DNA of 64,000 bases from an uncultured virus (IMG/VR IMGVR_UViG_3300032287_003803) (lineage: Duplodnaviria; Heunggongvirae; Uroviricota; Caudoviricetes): the IMG/VR virus record IMGVR_UViG_3300032287_003803; one strand, written 5' to 3'. The first letter of the stretch is position 1, and every line of letters starts with the position of its first letter. Below are positions 57,654 through 64,000 of this stretch, in pieces. The position numbers and the translations under genes are program-made. The notes under the pieces were generated by a model. The model saw only the letters and a list, made by a program, of their open reading frames with translations, made no database searches and was not told the origin of the DNA.

Positions 57654-58083
57654 AAATCTTGACTAGGCAGGTTTCAAGAAACACTCTGAGAGTTTCAGCT
57701 TCTGCGAGTTCAACGCCCATGCCAAACTTTTGATTACCATTGCGGGAAACAGAAAAAGAAAAAGCATCAGCGCCGTCTTTTTTCTTGTATCGAGTCCAAG
57801 AGATTTGAGTCTTGTTTTCTTCAAATGAATGGAATGCTTTCCATTCACTATAAGTTCGAATAGCGTGGATGAGTCCACCGATTTCATTTTCGTTGATCTT
57901 GATAGCAATGGTCTTCTCTGGGTTCTCACGATTGCCAGAGAATGATCCATTCTTGGTTTGTTCATTCCAAGAGAATTGCTGAATACCGTTGACGTAAACT
58001 GTTGGTTGTCCCTTATTAGAAAGCTGAAAAGAGAAAGCGCATCCAGTGTTTTTACTGTTTGGTTTGTAGAAGGCGAGATTCAT
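57625..58083 (-). CDS. Hypothetical protein, possible PC4/Whirly-like nucleic-acid binder
   Basis: FYKPN...GCAFSF, IKINENEIG duplicated beta-beta-alpha pattern. Confidence 0.45.
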   Translation of the reverse strand: MNLAFYKPNSKNTGCAFSFQLSNKGQPTVYVNGIQQFSWNEQTKNGSFSGNRENPEKTIAIKINENEIGGLIHAIRTYSEWKAFHSFEENKTQISWTRYKKKDGADAFSFSVSRNGNQKFGMGVELAEAETLRVFLETCLVKIFESKAQATE

Positions 58084-58097
58084 ATAGGATAGTAAAA

Positions 58098-58715
58098 CTA
58101 CTGCTTCAAAAATCTATGATATAAATCAATAGATTTATGATGAACAGAAGTGAACCTGTCCTTCATTTCTTTAGACCAAACCTCTCCAGTATATGTTGTT
58201 GCCCAAAGTTTTTTATCTCTGTCAATTTTTAAATCGAATTGTTTTTCTACAAAATCTTGTGCCTCATGATAACGATCATAAACAAACACTTTGTCAATTG
58301 CTAACTCGCCATTAAAGTGAGTGTATTCATATTGATTGATATAATGGTTTAAATTCTTAAATGAGTTTTTTTCATCTGATAAGATAAAATGCTCTAGCGA
58401 AGGAATCTTCATGAGTATTTTCATTTGATTATATAAGCTTGTGACTTGATCAAATGGATTTCTTAATACAGTAAATTTTAAATATGAATTAGCCTGCAAA
58501 AACTTGTAATACTCTGAAATATAGCTGTGAGAGTGTCCGAGAGCAGTGTATTTTTGTATTCCGTCCATCGCTCCTCTAATTGTAAATAACTTATAAGAGT
58601 CTGTGTCGAGATTAGAGCTTTCTGGAAGATGTTTTTTACAAATAGCGAATTCTAAACTAGAGCCTCCAGTTTTAGGAATATGTATAAAAATAGTTCTATA
58701 AACTGAAAAAAACAT
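58098..58715 (-). CDS. Sulfotransferase (family 2)
   Basis: IFIHIPKTGGSSLE, FTVLRNPFDQVTSLY. Confidence 0.85.
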   Translation of the reverse strand: MFFSVYRTIFIHIPKTGGSSLEFAICKKHLPESSNLDTDSYKLFTIRGAMDGIQKYTALGHSHSYISEYYKFLQANSYLKFTVLRNPFDQVTSLYNQMKILMKIPSLEHFILSDEKNSFKNLNHYINQYEYTHFNGELAIDKVFVYDRYHEAQDFVEKQFDLKIDRDKKLWATTYTGEVWSKEMKDRFTSVHHKSIDLYHRFLKQ

Positions 58716-59275
58716 TATTCTAAAGTAAAATGACAATACATATTTGCATAATAATTTCCGTTAAATGGTGTCTTTCGACCATGAAGACAAAGAGCGGATT
58801 CATAATAAACGCATTCGCCAGCTTCAATTAGGACTTGATGTTCATTTCTTTCGTGATCTACAATGTCAAACAGCCAAGGCTCACCATCCAAAGCGACACT
58901 CATGTTAACGCTGATGTGGTGAGTGTCTTTTTTATCAGTATGCATCTTTAATGTGGCTCCATTCTTATAGAATCGAATACCATAAATAATACCTTTTGGA
59001 TTTAATTTAGCTCCAGACCATTCCGAAAGTAGATCATACATATCTGAAATGACTTGCTTTTTCAATTCTGGAAAACGATCTAATGAAAGTAAATCCGTAG
59101 CAACTTCAAAAGTTTCAGATTTAATCCATCCTTTCAAGTCTGCTTTGTGTGTGTCTGAATATTCAGGAACTCTTTCGTGAAGATATTTTAATAAAACATC
59201 TTGAATCATTTTCCAAGATTTTTCTGGAATTTTAGTTTTATAAAAACCTTGAGCAGTAAATTTTGGTATATTCAT
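58715..59275 (-). CDS. 2OG-Fe(II) oxygenase-like protein
   Basis: RFY..GA.L.MHTD...HHIS, GE..YYES...HGR..PF.G.YYAN...HF. Confidence 0.75.
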   Translation of the reverse strand: MNIPKFTAQGFYKTKIPEKSWKMIQDVLLKYLHERVPEYSDTHKADLKGWIKSETFEVATDLLSLDRFPELKKQVISDMYDLLSEWSGAKLNPKGIIYGIRFYKNGATLKMHTDKKDTHHISVNMSVALDGEPWLFDIVDHERNEHQVLIEAGECVYYESALCLHGRKTPFNGNYYANMYCHFTLE

Positions 59276-59655
59276 AGCTCAATCTTAAAATTTTTATTTT
59301 CAATAATTTTAGGCTTATCTGCCATGTGTTTTGCGCCTTTTCTTTCTTTAGAATAATCTTCAAAGAACTTTTTCTTGACTGGATCAACGCCACCAGCTTG
59401 TTCTGCGCGTTTTGCGCTCATTTCAGCGCTGTAGTCTAGCATGTCGCCCATTGAGCCTTTCTTTGAAGCGGTGCGTTCTACGAACTTCTGAGGGCTAAAT
59501 GCGTCTGTTTTGGTATCAATGCTGGCATTAGGAGCAAAAAATACTCTGTCCCATTTAAAACCATTAGAGTCAACGAATTCATGAGCGTCATTCATTCCTT
59601 GAAAGATTTCAACTTCTTCTCCAGTTTCGGGGTTTCGATAGCAGTATAAAGGCAT
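59272..59655 (-). CDS. FmdB-like zinc-ribbon-derived small protein
   Basis: MPLY.Y...TGEE.EIFQ.M.D...W.RVF..P. Confidence 0.6.
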   Translation of the reverse strand: MPLYCYRNPETGEEVEIFQGMNDAHEFVDSNGFKWDRVFFAPNASIDTKTDAFSPQKFVERTASKKGSMGDMLDYSAEMSAKRAEQAGGVDPVKKKFFEDYSKERKGAKHMADKPKIIENKNFKIEL

Positions 59656-59699
59656 ATTTATTTTAAAAAGAAAAAGCGGGTTTTTCAACCCGCTCTCTT

Positions 59700-59945
59700 T
59701 TATGGAATTTGAAGCATTTTTTTCTGCTTTTGTTTGAATGGAATCTTAATTTCTAAAATACCATCTTCAAGTTTTGCAATTGCTTTGTCAATATCCGCGT
59801 CTGCTGGTAGCCATCTTGTCAAATGAGATTTGCCAAATTTTTCATTGTTTGCGTCAATCAATAGATAGCTGTCTTCAAAGCTGATTTGAATTTCATGCTT
59901 TCTATATCCTGGAGCTTTAATTAGTAGTGTGATGTCTTCGTTCAT
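59700..59945 (-). CDS. Small heat-shock protein (Hsp20) domain
   Basis: APGY.K.EI.I, LP..ADID...AKLEDGILEIKIP. Confidence 0.85.
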   Translation of the reverse strand: MNEDITLLIKAPGYRKHEIQISFEDSYLLIDANNEKFGKSHLTRWLPADADIDKAIAKLEDGILEIKIPFKQKQKKMLQIP

Positions 59946-61012
59946 AGATGAGAAATGATTTGGTTAAGAGTTTTTTCGTAGGTGAGTTCTTTTGAAAGTT
60001 GAATGCCAGCTTCATTAACTGTTCCAATTTTCTGTTCAGCTTTTTCAAAAGCTTCAAGCAAAGATTCTTTGCTCCAATCCCACATGATGCCTTGATTATA
60101 CATGTCGTTCTCTTTGAAGAAAACGTTGTCATAGATTGGAATTGTGCCGTTTGGTTCAACAAGGACGCTATTGGTTTCGTTTGCCCAATCTTTGTGAGAT
60201 GTGGCATTCAAAACAATAGACCACTTGCCAAGACAAGTTGCATTAAAGCTTGGAAGATTCCACCCTTCTGCTCCTGAAAGACCTGTGAGATCAATATCAA
60301 TAGCATTCAAGAAATCATTGACTTCTGAATTGGTTTGCAAATATGGCAAGAAATTAATGTTACCATATCTCTTACCTTCAAGAGTAGAAGCAATAATTTG
60401 CTGCATCTGATCTTGTGGAATGAAAGGGTTTGTTACGCAACAAGAAAGCAGGTACTTTGGATTATTACCATACTTTTCCAACCATGTTTTAATGATTTTT
60501 GCTGTATGTTTTCTCTTCTCAAACTTACCCATTAGACCAAAATGAATTCTTTCTGGCAAATACTTTTTGCCCGTGATACGGAAGTTTTCATCAAAGCCTA
60601 GCTTAAATGGAACGCTATTGTCGCAACCAGCATTCACGAATTGATTCGTGGCATAATCAGAACAAAAGAATGTTTTTGTTTGAAGTTTTGCGAGTTTCTT
60701 TTCTACAAAAGTTGGTTCAGATGCTTCGTAAAAAGTGATTAGATATTGCTTTTCAGTTTTACGGTTATCACTTCCGTTTAGGTGCCAAAGCTTAACCGAT
60801 GGAACTTCACTATCCAAAAAGGCAAAACGATTATTAACTGCTGTTTGAAGCCAATTAGCAAACTCTGGCTCAAGATTGTGAGCGGCGACATCAATATTCC
60901 CAATAGGGAAAAATCCAACATCAATATTTTTGCGCCACATCTCGCGCAAAAGATTAATTGCTACATTTCCAAAAGAAAGAGAATTAATTGGAGCTTCAAA
61001 AATCAACTTCAT
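59942..61012 (-). CDS. Glycosyltransferase GT4-like
   Basis: GKFEKRKH, LSGAEGWNLPSFNA..LGK..IVLNATSH.DW. Confidence 0.85.
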   Translation of the reverse strand: MKLIFEAPINSLSFGNVAINLLREMWRKNIDVGFFPIGNIDVAAHNLEPEFANWLQTAVNNRFAFLDSEVPSVKLWHLNGSDNRKTEKQYLITFYEASEPTFVEKKLAKLQTKTFFCSDYATNQFVNAGCDNSVPFKLGFDENFRITGKKYLPERIHFGLMGKFEKRKHTAKIIKTWLEKYGNNPKYLLSCCVTNPFIPQDQMQQIIASTLEGKRYGNINFLPYLQTNSEVNDFLNAIDIDLTGLSGAEGWNLPSFNATCLGKWSIVLNATSHKDWANETNSVLVEPNGTIPIYDNVFFKENDMYNQGIMWDWSKESLLEAFEKAEQKIGTVNEAGIQLSKELTYEKTLNQIISHL

Positions 61013-61014
61013 AA

Positions 61015-61458
61015 TTAAAATGGAATGTCGTCGCCTTCTTCGCCACTGGTTGCAGGTTGTTCTTCCTCAACTGTTTCCACTGTCTTCTTTGGAGCAGCGG
61101 TTTTTTCCTTTGTTCCTGCGTAGCTTTCGCTCTTCTCAGACTTCTCAAAACGAGGAACAAAATTAACGCGATCAGCAACGATAAAGGTCTTTGTGGTTTT
61201 CTTACCTTCTTTGTTTTCGTAAGTGTCAGCCGCTAGGCGACCTTCAACAATAACACTAGAACCCTTCTTGAGGTTCTTAGCACAGGTTTCTCCTTGCTTG
61301 TCCCAAACATCAACGCTCATGTAAAGAGGTTCCTTTGTTTCGTCTTTATAATTTTCGCGATGAGCAATTCGAAGATTACAGATGCACTTGCCTGTTTTCG
61401 TGTGACGAGCTTCTGGATCAGCAACCAGAAAGCCATAGAGGATTGTTTTATTTACCAT
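61015..61458 (-). CDS. ssb: Single-stranded DNA-binding protein
   Basis: NK.IL.G.L..DPE, LKKGS.V.VEGRL, acidic tail ending DDIPF. Confidence 0.95.
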   Translation of the reverse strand: MVNKTILYGFLVADPEARHTKTGKCICNLRIAHRENYKDETKEPLYMSVDVWDKQGETCAKNLKKGSSVIVEGRLAADTYENKEGKKTTKTFIVADRVNFVPRFEKSEKSESYAGTKEKTAAPKKTVETVEEEQPATSGEEGDDIPF

Positions 61459-61466
61459 ATTTATGT

Positions 61467-62033
61467 TTAATTATTGTTTAATTCGTACTTTACTTCTTTG
61501 ATGAACCTGTTGTGAATATTAATGCATCCTTGAATGGATAATTTTAACTTTTTTGCAATCTTTTTCCAAGGAGTTAATTTGTTTTTGCTGCACTGTCTAT
61601 AACGCATTTGAATGATTTTTCTTACTCTATGATCTGGATTTTTTTCAGCCATTTCATAAATCAAACTAACCGTTTCATTGTTAATATATTCTTGAATGTA
61701 ATCTTTGTCAACTAAATGTTCTGATTGATCTCCAACATCGCAATACTCATATTTTTTAGTTTTGTTATGAATATTTAAGCATTTCCATTTTATTTCGTTT
61801 CCTAAATAAGTTGAAAATTTAATGTTGCGATTGGGATCGAATTTTAAAGCTTTTTGATAAATAAACAAATCTTTATCGTCAAAAATATCGTTTTTGTTAA
61901 CGTTTGACTTGTCAGAAATTGTTTGATTAACAATCTGTAAGTAAATTCCAGAGTGTTTAGCTATTAATTCTTTTAAACAACTTTCATTATTGCTTACTTT
62001 GATTTGTTCAATAAGGGATAAGTCGTCTGCCAT
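61467..62033 (-). CDS. Sigma-factor-like protein
   Basis: ELI.KHSGI, FDPNRNIKFSTY (region 2.3-like), II.MRY...TPWKKIAKKL.LS (region 4-like). Confidence 0.7.
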   Translation of the reverse strand: MADDLSLIEQIKVSNNESCLKELIAKHSGIYLQIVNQTISDKSNVNKNDIFDDKDLFIYQKALKFDPNRNIKFSTYLGNEIKWKCLNIHNKTKKYEYCDVGDQSEHLVDKDYIQEYINNETVSLIYEMAEKNPDHRVRKIIQMRYRQCSKNKLTPWKKIAKKLKLSIQGCINIHNRFIKEVKYELNNN

Positions 62034-62608
62034 TTTGTGATTTCCTCCGAGTCGAAACATTGTTCGAAAATAGCCCAGCTATATTCAGAAAGCGAAAATG
62101 GATTGTTTTTATCTTCATTTCCCTCTACTGTTTGCCAAACAAAAGAGACGTTTGCTTTGGATTGTAGAATAGGATCATTTTCAATCTCTTCTGCATTTGC
62201 TGGCTTGATGCGGTTATTTTCTTTATCAAGTCTTGAAATATGAATAAGAAAGCCGTTTTTTTGAATCCAATCTGCCTCATTTTTGTATCGAACATCAGAA
62301 ATGATTGCAATCTCATCTTTTTTTAGATATGAAGAGAGAGAATCAATCCAACAATCTTCATTGAGCGCTCTTCGAATATGAGTTCCATAAGCAACAAGAA
62401 ATGGGCGAATTATTTTCTTTTCGTCGTCGTTTTGAGTAAATGAATTCAATCCAGTTTTCTTTTTAAGAAATGGGCGAACTTCTCTTTTAAGCTCGTCTGC
62501 AAAAGCATATCTTTTAGCCTTGATTCCAATTTTTTTAAAAATCTTTACAAAGTTATTGGCAAGAGTATCCTTGCCGCTTCTTGCTACACCTGAAATTCCA
62601 ATAATCAT
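61994..62608 (-). CDS. Deoxynucleoside monophosphate kinase
   Basis: IGISGVARSGKDT, AFADELK, R..LVAYGT..R, IISDVRY.NE. Confidence 0.88.
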   Translation of the reverse strand: MIIGISGVARSGKDTLANNFVKIFKKIGIKAKRYAFADELKREVRPFLKKKTGLNSFTQNDDEKKIIRPFLVAYGTHIRRALNEDCWIDSLSSYLKKDEIAIISDVRYKNEADWIQKNGFLIHISRLDKENNRIKPANAEEIENDPILQSKANVSFVWQTVEGNEDKNNPFSLSEYSWAIFEQCFDSEEITKWQTTYPLLNKSK

Positions 62609-62617
62609 AATTTTATT

Positions 62618-63157
62618 TTAAATCCCAGTTGACCCAAAACCGCCTTCATTACGTTCGCTTTGTTCTAGTTCAGAAACAAAAGTAATGGATGGATGGAAAT
62701 GTTTTTGAAACACTAGTTGGCAAATTTTATCTCCACTCTTATAGAGTTTGTTTGGATTGACAACGCAAACAATACTGTTACCATCAATGATCATCAAATC
62801 TTCTGGCTGCACAATGTATTTAAATCGAACTTTGATTGTCGATCTAAAGCCAGAATCAATAACCGCAACAGAGTTTGCCAAAAGCAAGTTGTATCTGCTC
62901 ACGCTTGATCTTGGAAAGACAAGAGTGTAAATATCATCATTGGGCGAATTTACTGGTTGAAAACCATCAATTTTGATGTTTAAATCATATTCGATATAGT
63001 CAATGCTTTTGTAAGCATTTAGGTTTTCATCACGAAGAGAGCCAACAATTCTTGGTTCAGAAGCTGCAACCACATCATACCCAACATCGCCATCATAAGC
63101 GGGTTGAGACATGTTCGAATCGTTATCAACGACGTAAATCAAATCAGGGAAGTTCAT
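62618..63157 (-). CDS. dut: dUTPase (trimeric)
   Basis: GDVGYD, FPRSS, NSVAVIDSGFR, GDKICQL, RNEGGFGSTG. Confidence 0.93.
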   Translation of the reverse strand: MNFPDLIYVVDNDSNMSQPAYDGDVGYDVVAASEPRIVGSLRDENLNAYKSIDYIEYDLNIKIDGFQPVNSPNDDIYTLVFPRSSVSRYNLLLANSVAVIDSGFRSTIKVRFKYIVQPEDLMIIDGNSIVCVVNPNKLYKSGDKICQLVFQKHFHPSITFVSELEQSERNEGGFGSTGI

Positions 63158-63672
63158 TTTCTAAATTTTTAGCGAGTTCATAGTGACCGTTATTAGCCAA
63201 TATGGTTGTCGTATGAACATACGAAATTTTTTCTAAATCTTCTTGAAATTCTTGACAAGACATCAAAAAACCAAGGTTAATGTCTTCAAGACCTGCTTCT
63301 TTGAAGCACAGCATTACTTGCTCTAATGCTTTTGAGCAAGCGTCTGTAACGTCTTCGGCGTTAACTACACATTCCCAATCGCCGCTTTGAACAAGGAATA
63401 TTTTTTGTTTGAAGTTTTTTAAGATAACCATAGAACTCATTCTATTCCAGAAACATCATTCTGTCAAGAAGGATTTTCTATTTATACGGAAGATAATTAA
63501 AGTTAACTTTAGTATAAATCATGTTTTAAGTACTTCTAACGTCATAGAAGAAAGAGAACGCTAGGGATACGAAGGGATGGGGGATAATTCTTGCAAAAAA
63601 TCTGAAAAAAGTTTCAAAACACATTTCCTGATTCATTCATTGACAAGAGCGTATGCTTGTGTAATATATCGT

Positions 63673-64000
63673 ATGACTATTTTCGATGAGCAAATTTCGC
63701 GCAAGCCAGATCGGTACCCTTGGGTCCAAGATTTTATTTCAGCCATGCATGAGGGTTTTTGGACCCATAAAGAATTCAGCTTCTCAAGCGATGTTCAAGA
63801 TTTTAAAGTTAATCTTGATCAACAAGAAAAAGAAATCATTATCCGCACGCTATCTGCCATTGGCCAGATTGAAGTTGCTGTGAAAAAGTTTTGGGCAAAG
63901 CTTGGCGATAATCTGCCACATCCGACGCTAACTGACTTAGGATACGTTATGGCAGGTGTTGAGGTCATCCACAACAACGCATACCAGAGGCTTTTAGAAG
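63673..64000 (+). CDS. nrdB: Ribonucleotide reductase class Ia beta subunit, 5' part (runs off window)
   Basis: MTIFDEQISRKPDRYPW...GFWTHKEFSFSSD...IGQIEVAVKKFW...VEVIHNNAY. Confidence 0.92.
   Translation, partial: MTIFDEQISRKPDRYPWVQDFISAMHEGFWTHKEFSFSSDVQDFKVNLDQQEKEIIIRTLSAIGQIEVAVKKFWAKLGDNLPHPTLTDLGYVMAGVEVIHNNAYQRLLE

Noticed and set aside
63686..63883. 65-aa ORF in track
   Set aside because: Wrong frame; the real gene is nrdB starting at 63673
1..64000. Stop-codon reassignment, diversity-generating retroelement, retron or integrase
   Set aside because: Known genes are intact in the standard code; no reverse transcriptase, template/variable repeat pair or recombinase motifs recognised

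Overview
A 64-kb segment of a large, AT-rich, tailed dsDNA bacteriophage genome in the standard genetic code. The host is probably in the Planctomycetes-Verrucomicrobia (PVC) group, because the phage carries a DUF1549/1553 + DUF1501 gene pair. (1) 1-5.2 kb: a GC-richer + strand array of promoter-gene-terminator units (Gp88-like, DUF932, small conserved phage genes) separated by six copies of a 33-47 bp imperfect palindrome. (2) 5.5-44.9 kb: mostly - strand early/middle genes, many with their own sigma70-type promoter almost abutting the ATG. They include RuvB, rIIA/rIIB, ThyX, UvsE, an ECF sigma, a macro domain, a phosphatase, a prolyl hydroxylase, an endolysin, a BGT-like glycosyltransferase and five tRNAs. 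(3) 45-53 kb: a lambda-type tail-tip module (L-K-I-J) plus a Pro/Thr-rich fibre. (4) 53-64 kb: glycosyl/sulfotransferases, Hsp20, SSB, a second sigma-like gene, dNMP kinase, dUTPase and the start of nrdB. The most striking observation is a ~175-nt intergenic RNA (27540-27714, - strand). It reproduces the 23S rRNA GTPase-associated centre (H43/H44, the L11/thiostrepton site), is split by a 112-nt structured insert, and is closed by a stem ending in CCA. Other notable signals: the palindrome-delimited cassette array, a GTGTA(A/T) candidate late promoter, and a long-variable-arm tRNA-Ile(UAU). All calls come from motif recognition by eye; no searches were run.
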